A stretch of DNA of 64,000 nucleotides, taken from the NCBI GenBank assembly GCA_951406725.2, contig OX597816.1:151776001-151840000 (forward strand), written 5' to 3'. Shown in pieces: positions 24,589 through 39,119 of the stretch. The notes under the pieces were generated by a model, which did no database searches, was not told the DNA's origin, and saw nothing but the letters and a program-made list of their open reading frames with translations. The stretch is from Octopus vulgaris. Taxonomy: Eukaryota. Each line of letters starts with the position of its first letter. The first letter of the stretch is position 1. The position numbers and the translations under genes are program-made.

Positions 24589-26484
24589 CTAAAATGTACA
24601 TAAAAAAAAAAGCTATCAAAACAGCATTGGAAAAGAAATAAATAAATTTTTCTCTCTAGTTTTTACATATATGAGATAAAATGAGATCAAATTGACTGGA
24701 CAGTTAAACTCGCTGATGATATTTAAATACAAGAAACTGGAACCTTGTGATTTTCATTAACAGGTTTGTGAGTACAGTTCTAACCCAAGAGAAGATGAAT
24801 ATATAAACAAGTAAAGCAGCTGAAGTGATCAGATAATATATCAACTGAGATTGTTTAATATAGAACAGGAAATTGGTACAAGACGAGCATTTTTCAGCAG
24901 GAAGCCCATGCCCCAAACAATTGGAAAAAGTACATATAGATAATTTTTTGTGTGCAGTTTTTGACATCTTTATCAAGAAACATTTCTCATGGTCCCAGCA
25001 GACAAAATGGAAAACGTGTTGCCCCAGAGGATGGCAAGGAATGGCCACTCTTACTCACAGGGCTTGCACTTGTAGACAGTCATTTCTGTCCCGACAGCAG
25101 TGAGTGGGAATATGGTTCAGGGACCAAGAATACCAGAGGTCTCCACTGTCATAGGCTTGACCATAAACCTGTCAGAGAGCAACTAATACCTTGAGTAAAT
25201 ATAAATATATTATCATCACCATTGTCTAATGTCCATCTTTCATGCATGCATGGGTAGGACAGATGACAGGCGCCTGCCAGGTAGAAAAAAATTATCCTAG
25301 GCTCCTGTGTCTGTTTTGGCAGAGATTTTACAGTTGGATACCCTTCCTAACACCAACCATACCACAGAAAAATGGAATTAATAGCATAATCAGTGTTTAT
25401 GCTATTTTATTTACTACTTTATTTAATTTTAATAAAGTAGTATTTATAAATAGTACTTTATTTAATTTCTTATTAACACAGAGAACTTTTAATGTTGATA
25501 AACTAGAGTGGGCAGTGAATGTTTGAAGTTAAAATTTCAGGATAATCTTTTGCCTTTTACCATTTAGTGATCAATAAAACAAGTAACGGTAACAGCTTTT
25601 ATTTAATGAAACTCCACCACTCAATAAAATTTGGTCTTTTGTCTAATTAAAATCAATCAATAAAAGGAAATTATGAAAAAAGCAAATATCTAACTTTAAA
25701 ATATGGAAGTTTAAAAAAATATTTGATTCAATTTTCTGATTAGAATTATAAAGAATGGTACATAAAGTATCTTGTGAACTTGCTACTGGGTCAGCCACTG
25801 CATCTTTGGGTGACAAATTGTTCTTGAATACTAAAGTTTAATATAAGTAGAATATGAAGAATTTTAGCTAGTGTTGATTCAACATGTTTCTAGGAATACT
25901 GGCTCTATATTGATAAGTATAATTACAAATGACAGCAACTGTCTTCAAAAAATTGTTGTCTACTATGGTACTCCAAGTGGACCAAGATTCACATGAACTG
26001 TGTGCTCTAAGTACTGGTATTTTCAGCTGTGAAACTTGGATTGTATAAATTCAGATTATCTGCTATTTGAAAATATTTGACAAATGGTGTTTGAAAAGAA
26101 TATTGTGTGTGCCTTCCCTAAAACAGTAGCTTCTGCAAGAACAATAAAGCTAACATCTATACTTAAAACTCCCTCTGTAAGACTTCATTATGTTGCTGTT
26201 AATTTGAATCCATATTTAACTTGGATGGTGGACAGCTGAAGATATGGCAGGTGATCAAAGCAGATCTTATACTTGACAGCATGTTTAAATCTCTACATTC
26301 ATCACTGATGAAATATTGACCAGCTTCAAATCCAGCCAAAAATGTGCACAATTTAAAGATGGTAACAAAGTTTGAACTCAGTAACCCTTGCATCAGTGCT
26401 CCAAAATCTTAATTTTTTTCTGATTGTATACCAGTTACAATACATGATACCAAATATAGAGATGATAATATCTGGTTTTCTTAC

Positions 26485-26681
26485 CATTAACTTTTTAACT
26501 CTGGCAGTATAACTTAGCTGTGAAGATTTTGGGAGATGTTCAAATGTCCCTGTGAAAATCTTTTGAAACTCATCCTCTTTGTCTTCATCATCCATCTTAT
26601 CTGTTTCCCAAATAGGAATAATGCTTGGTACTCCACATGCAGACCCTGGTTCATAGTAGAAATCACTCTGTTCGTCATCAG
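26485..26681 (-). CDS. GPATCH2: GPATCH2 exon (ADDEQSDFYYEPGSACGVPSIIPIWE...FQKIFTGTFEHL...YTARVKKLM)
   Basis: ttacAG / GTAAGA; phase 1/0; DDEQSD(W/F)..E...CG......WE motif. Confidence 0.92.
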
Positions 26682-26915
26682 CTGTAATTAATAATAGGAA
26701 AATAGAATCAGTTCAAACCTGCTTGAATCCAAATTAACCCTTAATTGCACTTATGTCAGATAACCACTTTCATTTTCCAATCTAGTTTAGCTGGGGGTCT
26801 AGCAACAACCATGAGCAATATCCTTCCTTCTTTGTTGAACAAAAATATTAAAAGCTATCCTTTAAAAACAATATATGGAGCAATTATCAATCTATGTATT
26901 TAACTCAAGTAAATA

Positions 26916-26972
<57 letters not shown>

Positions 26973-26982
26973 ATAGGATTAG

Positions 26983-27025
<43 letters not shown>

Positions 27026-27503
27026 AAAAGTTAATTGATAACTTTTTCCAGTCAGATGCATTCTTAATTGGTGATTAATACTTTTAATTTCAAGAGAAAA
27101 TTCCAATGAAACACTTACCACTTATATATATATAGAATCAATTTATTCTTGTGTCATGGAATCTATCAATAGGAAAGTAGAACAGGCTAGCCACAATTAA
27201 GGAACTCTGACATGAGTAGAATATGAAGTTAGATCCTACATTGACACCCTATTACATGGTCAGCAGTAGCTAATGAAGAATTATACATTTATAATGGATT
27301 TAGGAAATAGTTTCATATGAACACCAACAATATAAACCTACCTTCCAAATACTTAATAAAAAGGTTTCCTTTTTCAGTTTATTTTAGAATGCTACAGGTT
27401 TATCCAGTTACTGAAATAGTGTATCACACAAACCTAATATTATCTAGTAAGAAAAATAATAGTGACACTTAAACAATGGTACAACTTTGAAGTGCAGCCT
27501 TAC

Positions 27504-27577
27504 CTTCTCTAGATTCATCATTGGTAATTAAACCTGCATCACTCTCGCTGCTACTTAATGAACTGCTAGTATTGTCA
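27504..27577 (-). CDS. GPATCH2: GPATCH2 exon (HDNTSSSLSSSESDAGLITNDESRE)
   Basis: tttcAG / GTAAGG; phase 2/1; matches conserved SSSLSS.DAGL.TNDE.R motif. Confidence 0.9.
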
Positions 27578-28889
27578 CTGAAAGATAAAGAAAATGGTTT
27601 AATTTTACTAAGTTTAAGGCAACTCCAGAACAGATAAATATTAAGCAAGAAATTGAAATGTCTGCAATAGATTTGAATTCACAACCCATGAATTTGTAAT
27701 TCACTACCTTGTCAACTTAATCATTTTTTCTTTCAAATAAATAAGTATAACAATAAGCAGGTATGTTATTCATGCTTGCACAGGTATGGTGGTATGGTTA
27801 AGAAGTTCACTTTGCAACCACATAGTTCTGAGTTCACTCCCTCTGTGCGTCACTTTTGGCAAGTGTCTTTTACTATAGCCCCAGGCCACCAATGCCTTGA
27901 AAATGAATTCGGTGGATGAAAACTGCATGGATGTCTAGCATATGTATGTGCATGAATATTGACATTGTATGACACAGCTTGGCTCACCAAAATGGTGATA
28001 AGTTTACATTCCTTGCCTTGTTGATAGTATGACAGGTCACTTTGTGCTTCTGAAAACCTGTAGAAGAGAAAAAACCCTTACTTGAAAATCAGGTAAGAGT
28101 TTGCAACAGAAAGAGCATCTGGTCTTAAAATCCTACCTCAAATATGTTCCTTGGCCAATTCATGATATCAAAGAAAAACATATTGAATGCACAAATTACT
28201 CAAAGATATATAGTTTAAGTATAATTTCTTTTGAAGGATAAGCTGGCTGGCTTGATCACATCATGCTCTCATTTTAAAGTTTTGTTAAACATTTGTGGAT
28301 AGAATGCATCATGAATTGTTAAGGGTGGGTACTTATAAAAGTGGTAGGCTAAGGAAAATGTTTCAGATTTGAAATTGTTAGACCCCCAAAATAAATGAAT
28401 ATAGGATGGAAATGTATGGAGAGATGTTTGACTAGATTTATCCAATCCATTCCAGCACTGGAAATGAATGGTTGGAGAGGTAGATGGATGGATATTAAAA
28501 CTTCAAGATATGAGTTCCAAGTATCACAATCTGCAGATTTTACCTTCTATCTAGTGAATTTGCAAATTACCAAAACCAATTTAGTAACCATGTGTGGAAA
28601 AGACAATATGTATTCCTGACAATATGACTATACCTTCATTTTTCTAACAAATTCAAGAAAGAAATGAAATAATAAGAACATAAAGACAGATGAACCATCA
28701 TGGCATGTTCCTAGCTATTTAATTTGCATTTATAGACAATATAAATTCATTACTATGGTATACAACTAAAACAAAATGTATGACAGTTTTAATAATTACT
28801 GACCATAAACTATAAGATAGGACCAATAAAGAAACCAATCTAAAGGAATGGTTATTAAGTATTTTTATATGTCAATATAAAATTAGTTG

Positions 28890-29220
28890 TGTTTTATTTA
28901 TCACCCAGAGCAGTTTAGTATTCGTAATGACCTCGAGAATTCTAGTTGTGTGCTTTACATGTTTAGAGGGGATGGGATAAAAAATTGTTTTCTTGATATA
29001 TGTAGTGAATGTATCTTTGGGCTGTTGAAGGCCCCAGGATTGGCTAATATGACCTCATTGGAGAAAGTTTTGGAAGACTCTCTTTATCAAGTCATCGACA
29101 AATTTGTCATTAGGAGTCTTAGTCATATGTGGATGATGTTTGGTGCAGAATGTGAGTGTAGTATCATCAGTACAAGTGTGAGTGTAGCTGAATGTAACAG
29201 CAGGGAGGTTGTTGATGCTA
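28890..29220 (-). mobile_element. Decayed CR1/L2-type reverse transcriptase fragment
   Basis: - strand INNLPAVTFSYTHTCTDDTTL resembles the FINDL...YADDTTL catalytic region. Confidence 0.6.
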
Positions 29221-29250
29221 TCATAATAATTTCAACAATATTCAAGAAAT

Positions 29251-29815
29251 AATAAGAGCATTCAGAGAGCATGAGACCTTTTGGTTTTCTCTTCTTTTAA
29301 ATTCCAGCCTTCCTTTAGTATTCCTGTTGTTTTAGAATGATGTATAGATGTATGTATATATGTAAATATACTGTAAAGTGTTAATATGTATGTATAATAT
29401 ATTATAAAAATATGCTAGTGTTATTTAATTTTTGAACGGTTTCGCTACCATTTATTTATGTACTTTGATTTCTTTATCCATCAATTTCTACTAAGATAGA
29501 GATGTGAGTAAAATTAATAATAGACGAAAATAAAACTTTGGGAACAACCTAAAGGGAGATAATTGAGAAAAATTTGAAAGTTAACGCAAGATTGTAATCA
29601 TGCAAAGTAAAGTAAATATAACAAATAATCCAGAATCCTTGTCTGGTACTGGATTGATCCCAAAATCTAATCAGTTCATGCCAGTCACAAGGCCAAATAT
29701 CCCTGAAAGTTTCATCCAAATCTATCCAGTGGTTCTTGAGATATCTTGTCCACGGACAAACACACAAACATGACTGAAGACAATACCTTTGCCTTCACTA
29801 AGGCGGAGGTAATAA
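29251..29815. mobile_element. HINE/DINE-1-like (Helentron-associated) non-autonomous element
   Basis: AATAAGAGCATTCAGAGAGC at one end; ...GGACAAACACACAAAC...TACCTTTGCCTT-CACT-AAGGCGGAGGTAATAA terminal hairpin at the other. Confidence 0.5.
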
Positions 29816-32325
29816 CGATATTTAATAACCGACTTTTAAACATTTACATATTTGTTTCACTTATTCAGGATATCCATGAACCAGAAAAGTACAAAAATAA
29901 ACTTGAGTATTCCAAGTAAGCAAAACGAATTTGTAAATGTTTAAAAATCACTTTTTAGGAGCGATTATAATGTATTTCTCTCTTCAATTACTGAACAGCA
30001 TAATTTTAGAGAAAACACTTCTTATAAGGATGAAAAAGTATATTCAAAAGTATAGCAAACTGCATGGTGCCATGAAAAAAAAGCACCCAGTACACTCTGT
30101 AAAGTAGTTGATGTTAGGAAGGGCATCAAACTGTAGACAATGGAGTACAATGCAGTCCTTGGATCCATCAGATCCTGTTAAACCATCCAAACCATGCCAA
30201 TATGGAACATGAAGATTAAATGATGCTAATAATGACTGTGAAATACAAAACATTTAAAACATAATGAGGGCTGTAGCATTAAGGATGTGTAGGAGGGTAG
30301 CTGATATTGTTGTCAGCTGGTTTTTAAGTTTTCCAGTAGTTACTTGGATCTGTGCATACAAAAGGAGATCAATTCTGATGTAAGCTCAAACCTGATCCAG
30401 TATGATATGTATGTACACAAGCAACAAACATTGACTGGATAAAATATTCAAAAGAAGGTGCAGAGTCAAATATTTATTAAAAAGGTTGACTGTTCCTTTG
30501 TAGTTTGATGGAAGTATTTTTCGAAAACAATGTGTGTGTATGTAGAGGAGAGTGTTATCACGACAATTTCAATCTATTTTTTCCATGCTTGTATAGGTTT
30601 AACAGGTCTTCTTTAGCACACATACGACATGCTTTTTTTTTCAGTTTTCATCAACTAAATTCACTGAAAGTCTTTGGCAGTCTAGAGTTATAGCAAAAGA
30701 CACCTGCCCATGGTGCTGCAGGGTGGAACTAAACTCAAAACACATGGCTGTGAAGCAAACTTCTAAACCAAACAGCTATGTCTGTGTCTAATTATACCAG
30801 GTTTTTGAATTATAAAGTAAGCTTCAGTTTTTGAATACTATCACTAATTATAACATATTAAGAAAACATTTCTTTTTAAAGAATATTTTTGCTTATTTGT
30901 AATCATGTTTTAAAGTTTCACTAACGAGATTGCTTTCATGATAAAATGTGAAAGAATACTATTATACTTTCATTATTCTGGATCTTTACATTTTGAATTT
31001 AAGTCTTACTGAGGTCAATTGATAAAATAAAGTACCAGCCTAGTACCAGGGTCAATGATATTGACTATCATCTCTAAATTGTTGGTCTCATGCATAAATC
31101 AGAAACCATTGCTGAATATACATTACTTTTATCATTTGGCTCAGGAAGATTGTGATTTGGTGGAATCGTTAGACTGTCAGATTAATTATCTCATGATATT
31201 TGTTCCAGCCCTTTATGTTTTGAGTTCAAATGCTACTGAGGTCAACTATATCATTTATCCTTTGGGGTGGATAAAGTAAAGTATCAAGTGTTAGTGTTGA
31301 TGGTATTGACGTATTTCCTTCCCCTCAAAAGAGCAGACCTTATGCATTAATTAGAATCCATTATTTGGCTCCAGATAAAAAGTGAAAGATGTATCTGTAA
31401 TGAGAAACCTCATCAACTGATGAAGGTTGTCTGATGTGTGGTTATTGGAAACTGAAATTATTAAGTCTGAGTATTTAGCTCTGGAAAAATTCTCTGAAAG
31501 AAATTCTTCAAAAATGAGTATTGAACTATACTAATGCTTTCGTTTCTGATTACATATTAGTTTAATTATTAGACTCACTAATTGACTTTTTTTTTTGTCT
31601 TGAAGCAAAAAGAAAATCAAAATGCAACATTGAAGTTGTGAACTTTTTTTTTTTTGTCGGAATTATAGAAGCTAAAGAAATTTTCTTGGCAATAAATAAT
31701 AATAATAATAATAATAATAAAAGTGGAAGAATGTTAGTACGAAAAACAGAATAGTTAAATCCTTCACCCATCCTCATTCAGGCAAATTACGAGGATCAAA
31801 GACCCCTGTTTACATCCCGAAATAGATATGGTTAAGAATGAATAAGGTCAGTCCTCTTCTAAATATAGATATTGTTCAGAAGGACAGAGTATGAACTGAA
31901 AAATTCAACAGAATCAATGAATGGATACCAGTTGTTGATATTTTGAAGGTTTCTAACATGAAAGTAAACGTTAATGAATGAAGTCACAACATTTTTGTTT
32001 TTGTTTTTTTTTGTTTTGTTTTTGAGAGAGAAAGAGAGAACAGGTGTAGGCAATGAAACTCTACAACACATACAAAAAAAAAAAAGGGAAAGGAAAATAC
32101 CCCAACCCATCACGTATACAAACACGTGAGTAATTGGGAGAAGTAAACAAAAATAAAACATGATGGCTCGTGTTAACTTGCTGGAACCAGTTAAAGAGAG
32201 TTCCTTTACGGGTTCCAGTTAACATTGCCCATGCTGGGGCACGATAACTCATGAAAACTTGTTGTCAACATATCAATAAACAAACACAGAATATACAAAC
32301 AAATACAAGTAATCTTTCAACTTAC

Positions 32326-33038
32326 TGATTGAAGGACGAAAGTTCGATTTTTCTGATATCACCACTGTTACTTCCATTCGTACAAAAAAAGTCATATTTG
32401 CGACTTCGTTTTCGTTTCCCCGGTAAAATGTTCATAGCGTCGTCTGACTCGGTTAAACATTTTAAATTCATGTTGCCATCGTGAAACATCCTCTGTCGCG
32501 TCGAGATCCGTGAACCCTTGGTTTTACATCGAGTCAAAGTAAAGTGGTCGCAGGAGATCGGGTCGACAGTCATACTGCGAAATTTTCTCCGTCTCCGTTG
32601 CGTGTCAGTCGGGGAAAAAGTTTCTGGTACGGAATCGGATTCCACAGGTGGAACCATAGCAGGAAGAGGAAGTCCTATTTGGGATAGATGTTTAACAACG
32701 TCCAAGTCATCCGAATCACTGTGCTGAACAACACTCTGGAGGTAGTCTTTAAAAGCTTCATCTAAACTGCTTTCTGAGGCTTCGCTGAAGTTGCCACTTT
32801 CCCATATCAAGTTGGTGTTCGACCGCCGTTTTCGGGGTTTTTTCTTCTTGTAATGCCTTCTGATAATGGTCGGTGCCGAATTTTCTTCCCCATTGTTCCT
32901 GGATGTTTCTTCAAGAGCATTGGTTAAATCTTGAACTAATTCGTCCATTTTCTCTAAGTTACATGTAGACAAAACATGTAAGTTTTGGAACTCTCTTACG
33001 ATGTAATTCTCCATTTGCTGCCTGCTTCCATCACACAT
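32326..33038 (-). CDS. GPATCH2: G patch domain-containing protein 2 family, first large coding exon
   Basis: MDELVQDLTNALEETS, RKRRS, SEASESSLDEAFKDY, HSDSDD, ESDS..E.FSP...QRRRRK resemble GPATCH2/GPATCH2L N-termini; acceptor just upstream of 33044, ca|GTAAG donor at 32325. Confidence 0.9.
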
Positions 33039-34334
33039 GTCAAACTATAAAACAAATAAAGAAAATCAAGAATATTCTAAAATTAGAAGAAGAAAACAAA
33101 AACAACAACAAAAAACAAAAACAAAAAAAAACAAACGAAATAAACCCAAGAAAACTTTCCGAGCTATCGGATTGTTTTCTCCTCCTTATTTCAGTACGCA
33201 GAAATGAATCTCTACAAAAACATTACAAATAGATACTGAAGAAACCTCACAAACATTAAAACATGGAAGATTAAACAGACCATTTGCAGCAATCCAACAT
33301 GCATAAACAAACACATGCACCTACAACGATTAACCTCACCTCTTCATACAAATAAACATCAGTAAAGCGACCGACAAACGGAGAGAAAAATCTAAGCTGG
33401 TGTTTCATAACCTCTATAGTTTATCGTCATAGATATTACATAATAATAATAATAAAACGTATCGCACTATCTCCTTCATAAGCCCGAACTATTGCGACTG
33501 TAAGAAGTTGAAGGTGTAAAACGAATAAAATATTAGATTAATTGTAAGGGCCTTACACTCGATCATAGCACTATTATTGTTATAGAAAGTACAGCATCAG
33601 TGGGAAGTAGCAATAATGCACGCACAACTTCAAAAGAGATGCAATGTAAGCTCTATCTCCTCTCCATATGGTTATTTACGAAGACAACTAAATTCATACA
33701 AAGCTGGCCAATCGAAATACACAGCAGAATTCTTTATAGAATAGTTCAGGAATAACACGGTGGCAATCGAAGTTAACTGCTATTTGAAGCACTTTGCAAA
33801 CTTGGAAAACCATTCAGAAAGTGTAAACATGGATGACTGGATTTAAGGTGAAAGTTAGATAATGACTGGATTTAGGACACTTGCTGCATTTATTCTTCAC
33901 TTGACGATATACTTGACGGTAGCCTCAACGCGATCACTCGCCATGCTAGAAACAGTAGTCAAATCTCCCCATGATCATAAGATCATATTTGTAATCTTAG
34001 ATATAGTGTTTTTAAATAAAAGAGGGAATGAACACAGAACGTCCTTGATCAAAGGCTAAACAAGGGTGGGAGTCACTAAATGGTTGTACGATCAGCTAGA
34101 AAGAAGTAACATTAGATAATGTGACCCGACAAAAAAAAAAAAAAAAAAAAAGAGGGGGTGTTCAAGGCCAGATTATTTTTTATCATAACTTTTTCCAGTC
34201 CGACCTTGGGTCTAAGCAACAAATCATCCTTTGTATATCATGAATATTTGTGTCGCAAGTGAGGAAGCAGAATTATAGAAAACATTCCATATTAGAAAAG
34301 TTATAAAAAATTAAAAAATTGCCGAATTTGTATA

Positions 34335-34369
<35 letters not shown>

Positions 34370-34370
34370 G

Positions 34371-34762
34371 TATACAAATTCGACAATTATATATAGATAC
34401 ATATATATATATAGGTCGCCCATACACACACAGAGAAATAAACACATTTTCTTTTAATCATTAGCGACTATTTTTGTCACTTGTCGAGCAAGTTCACAGG
34501 AGAGAAATAAAGAAACATTTCATATTTCTCACGGATTGGACAAAGGTTTCACTTTTATATATATATAATATACAAATTCGGCAATTATATATACATATAT
34601 AAATATATATAGATCGCCTATAAATACACACACACACAAATAAATACATTTTCTTTTAATCATTAATGACTATTTTTGTCATTTCTCGAGCAAGTTCACA
34701 GGAAACAAATAAACAAACATTAGATATTTCTCAAGGATTTCCTTGGACAAATGTTTTACATT
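34371..34762. repeat. Diverged ~200-bp tandem duplication
   Basis: TATACAAATTCG.CAATTATATATA...CTTTTAATCATTA..GACTATTTTTGTCA...CGAGCAAGTTCACAGGA present at ~34371 and ~34569. Confidence 0.8.
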
Positions 34763-35899
34763 TCACGAAATGTCGCTGATGAATTACTTTGGGAGAGGCA
34801 CTATTATAACAAATCGCCTCTCTGTTGATATCTCAAACAAAAGTTCGTCGATAGAAAAACAACTTAGCTTTAAAAATAACTCAAAATAAAATAGTTGTGC
34901 TGATAACATCGTTGATAACGATTTACTATATAGGCATAAGATTTAGGGTGAGATGAATGAAATGCAAATAATGCCAAAAATCATAATAGTCGAAGAGAAA
35001 CATTGGTAGTGAATGGTATTTATGTAATTATCTTGAGAAATGAAAAACAAATTTGGCCTCGGTGACATCTGAACCGAGAAACCTATGATACTGAAAGAGA
35101 AACTGTTAAAGGATTTATTCCAGGTCGAAGTTATTTCATTATATAGACATGCAGTTTGAAAATTTTAAGAAGGTTTGACGTTCGTGTATTTCCCAAGAGT
35201 ATTAGTGACGAAGTTGGAAGTTATAACATGACATAAAAGAGACTTAAGCATTTTGGTTGGCATGGGGTGTTGTTGATTTAATCGCTTTATATCGATCCCT
35301 TTCTTCGATGAGATAGATATTTCGTACTGATATATTTTAGTCGACTGAAACTATTCCATTGTACATTCTTTCTGTTTAAGTACTATTTGTCTAATATTTA
35401 CACGAGTGCGCGTGTGTATACATAACTATCACCATAACAAAGAAAAAATAACGAATTAACACAGAAAGCCTCAATGATTATAATCTGAAGTCGGTATATC
35501 ATTACTGATTAGTTAGAAAACAATTTATGGAAAAGAGAACCCATTAATTCTTTACTACTTTTCGTTATAGAATTCCAGGCATTGAGTGTATGTTTCAAGG
35601 AGTACTTACACGCGCACAAACACATACACGCGGGAGTGTACACACACACACACTCACACAGTTGTGGACAGATGCATTAAAACAAGTCACGAAATAAATA
35701 TAGCTTCATCAAGTATCCAGTGCTATATTTTGTATCAGTAAGCAAGCTTTGTACTCGCGATTAAAACTAAGGCATTATAAGCATGCATGCACACACATAT
35801 GCATTATAAGCATGCATACACACACATATGCTGCATACATCTGTCTATGAGCTTTCGATACTATAAGCAAAACACACTAATAATTGACAAGATTTTCTA

Positions 35900-36500
35900 A
35901 TTAGAAAGGCGCCCTACATTTGCGATCTCTCGATGCGACGATATTAAATTTAACTTATTGCAAATTTTTTAATGGGTAAACAAAAAATAGGGTCTGATCA
36001 TCACTACTTCTCATTCCTTTCCCGCCCTCTAAATATCTCGAGTTTCATACCTGTATAAAGAAATATTATAGAACAACAAATGGTTAAGTTTATTCGCTTG
36101 TGGTGGTACCTATCTATCTTTGTACGAAGTTTTCGTTCCTTTGCTTTTTTTTTTTTGCGAAAAAACTAATTAATCGTCAAAGGGATTTACGTGGAATACA
36201 ATTGAGATGCAAAGAAAAGCGGCAAGGAACCCAACAAATAGACGAAAAGAAAAATAAAGCAAGAAGGATATAAGTTTATGTACTCACAACAAATGCTGCT
36301 GTCAAAAGTGTAATAGAAAGCTCGTGACCTCCTCAAGTCTCGCAATTTCTCGTTTACTTTCACACTTGCCATTCACGTCTGTCAGTCATTCAGTCAATAG
36401 TTCCTAGATGTTTTCGTCTTGATACTTAGCTTTACGCTACTACCTTTTTTGAAAAGCGTGACTGTCGTAGAACGCGATTCCTATTTTCTTAATACATAAG
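35900..36500 (-). promoter_or_regulatory. Probable GPATCH2 promoter / first exon region
   Basis: local CpG enrichment in a CpG-poor background ~3 kb upstream of the first coding exon; GTGAGT donor at 36287 on -. Confidence 0.35.
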
Positions 36501-37146
36501 TGGTTTTATGCTTTGACCAGAAATTATTTATATATTTTTCTATATATACACAAGCCCTCATATTTATAGGAGAGGAAAAATAATGTTTTTAACAAGAGTG
36601 TTATTACTATTAGATGCAAAACTATTTTTGGATTTTCACTTTGGCTTTTATATTTGAGTGTCACATAATTAATTATACACTTCATGACATAAATTAGATT
36701 ATTTGGTTTTAACCTTTTTGCGAAATACAAACACGTGTAAACAAATATTTATATACTTCCGTAGAAATGAAAATTTTGACATTTTCTGAATATTTCTTAT
36801 CTTTTCCGAAATATCACCGGAGGAAAAAAACTACCTTCGTTTTACCCGCTCATGATTAGATTGATAGATTAAAACTATTTATATCAGGCTGTGTGTTAAG
36901 ACGCTTGGTTCCGGGTATTTGACTGCTATTTCTAAACTTCGGTATGTGGTAAAGCAAATATTTGCTGAACCCTAATTATAAAGTATTACATGTATATATA
37001 TATGTAGATGTATATGTATACATGCATTTGTGTAGATGTATAAATATATATAAATATTAATGCACATGTAATATGTACACACATATATACACATATACAT
37101 GCATACATATCTACACCCATACACACACACACATACACTTAGGTGC

Positions 37147-37480
37147 AGGTGTGGCTGTGTGGTAAGAAACTTGGTTCCAAAACACATGATCCTAGGTTCA
37201 GTACCACTGTGTGGTGACTTGGCATGTATCTTCTGCTAAAGCCTCAGTCCAACCAAAGCCTTGTGAGTGGATTTTGTAGACAGAAACTGAAAGAAATCAA
37301 TCATATATATATATGTATGTATATATGTAAGTGTATGTGTGTGTCTTTGTCTCTGTGTTTCTCCTTCATCACTGTCTCACAACTGCTGTTTATTTATTTA
37401 CATCCCCATAGCTTACTGGTTTCACAAGAAGAAACTGAAAGAATAAGTACCAGGCTTATCAAAATAAAAATCACTGGGCA
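37147..37480 (+). mobile_element. Second tRNA-derived SINE family (other copies ~2920-3060 -, 7735-7870 -, 12147-12300 +, 19660-19800 -, 27783-27930 +, 30640-30780 -, 54420-54570 +, 57350-57650 +)
   Basis: TGGCTGTGTGGTAAGAA...GGTTCAGT.CCACTG...CTTGGGCAAGTGTCTTCTACTATAGCC...GCCTTGTGAGTGGATTT recurring throughout the window. Confidence 0.75.
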
Positions 37481-37532
37481 GTGTCTCATATTTTTATTTG
37501 CCCACTCAGTTGTATCTATCAATCTTTCTTTT

Positions 37533-37571
<39 letters not shown>

Positions 37572-37608
37572 CACACATATATACATGTATGTATATGTGC
37601 ATATTCAT

Positions 37609-38450
37609 ATCTATTATATAAAAGTCAATGTCTTTATGTGTGCTTGTGTGTTACTTATGCATTGGAAAACTACTGGAACACAAAATCCAAACCTGGGGAG
37701 AAGGGTAATGCTGTGTGTTTCATACAATTTCATGGACCAAAATTACTGATTAGGTCCTTATAATATTTGGAACTTGGATTCAATGCATAAGGGCGGGTAT
37801 AATGCAATATGTTTGGTTTGAATTAAAGATGGCTTAAAGGGGGCAGAACCTCCATGAAAATTCATAAATTCTCGATATTGATGGAATTTCAACCATGGGA
37901 ATCTGATTCCGTACCAGAAACTTTTTCCCCGACTGACACGCAACAGAGACGGAGAAAATTTTGCAGTATGACACACATGAAGAAGTATTCTCAAAATTCC
38001 CACTCATGAGGATTCTAAGACCTCCTAATGGGGGCCTTAGCTCCCAAATTTTAGTCATTTTTTATGATCCAAAACTAGGTCAAAAGAACTGATGGATCTT
38101 TATGAAATTTGGAAATTATATTCTATGCATAAGGGCCATAACCCCCATGAAAATTCATATATTTTTGCTGTTGATGAAATTTTAACCATAGATATTCAAC
38201 ACAAATGAAGTAATATTTCTAAAATTTCATCTTCTTAGAAGTTACAAAGACCCCTTCATGCAGACTTAACACCCACAATTTAGTCATTTTATCTAAGCAA
38301 AGATGAATACAGTTGTACTCTTGGAAGCTATAGGGTCACCTGAGCATAAAGATGAGCATTATTTGTAATTCAACGGTACAACAGTGTAAGAGTTTGCTTT
38401 GAGATATACTTAGATTGTGATTTTTGCAATGTGGTGCATAAATTGTCTAG
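37609..38450 (+). mobile_element. Possible old Helitron-like element with two internal diverged repeats
   Basis: A|TCTATTATATAAAAG start; ATGCATAAGGGC...CCATGAAAATTCATA...TTTAGTCATTTT occurs twice; possible CTAG|T end near 38450. Confidence 0.35.
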
Positions 38451-39119
38451 TAAATGAGAGGCATCTTTGCCTCCACTGATTCAGTTGCAAAGTGTTCAGT
38501 AAAGATATTTGGTTGCAGACCTCCTTTGAGTCATTTTATTATTACTGGATCACACATAGTCCCCCAATGGTAACATTGATTTCAAGGCCTTCCCAGATGA
38601 GTGACTGGTTATTGAAAGACATTTATAGATTGTAAATTTATTCTGTCCAGTTACCTATCGGTATAGTGGTAATTTGCAAACTCCAGAGGTGACACTTTCA
38701 TTTCCCCTTAGCCCTCACGTCACACAGTTGTTAATGTTTGAGTTGGGTCATGCCCTTCCAATTGCTGTAGATCTGTAATGCATCTTACAGCTGTGCCTGT
38801 CACTAGTATGGTGAGGAATCCTACATTGGAGAGTAGTAACAACTAGGATAGGGTAGCTGATTGCTTATTGTGATCATTCGTCTTTTGGCTTCCCGTAGCT
38901 TTTCTCTCTTTTACAAACCCAGTGAACATACATATATTTCCTATTTCAAAGAAATTTGAACAATACATATGAGATCCAAGTTAAAAAGATTCTCAACAGT
39001 TCAACTTCTCTGGTTGACATTAAGACACTCACTCCCAAAGGCCTTAACTCCATGACATCCATTATAACAGAAAAGTCTAATTCTCCAATTGCCTGTAACA
39101 CGGGCAACGCCGGATATCT

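Noticed and set aside
31405-31472. CTGATGA...GAAAC...GTC hammerhead-like motif
   Set aside because: Stem II does not pair and stem I is offset; at best a decayed remnant
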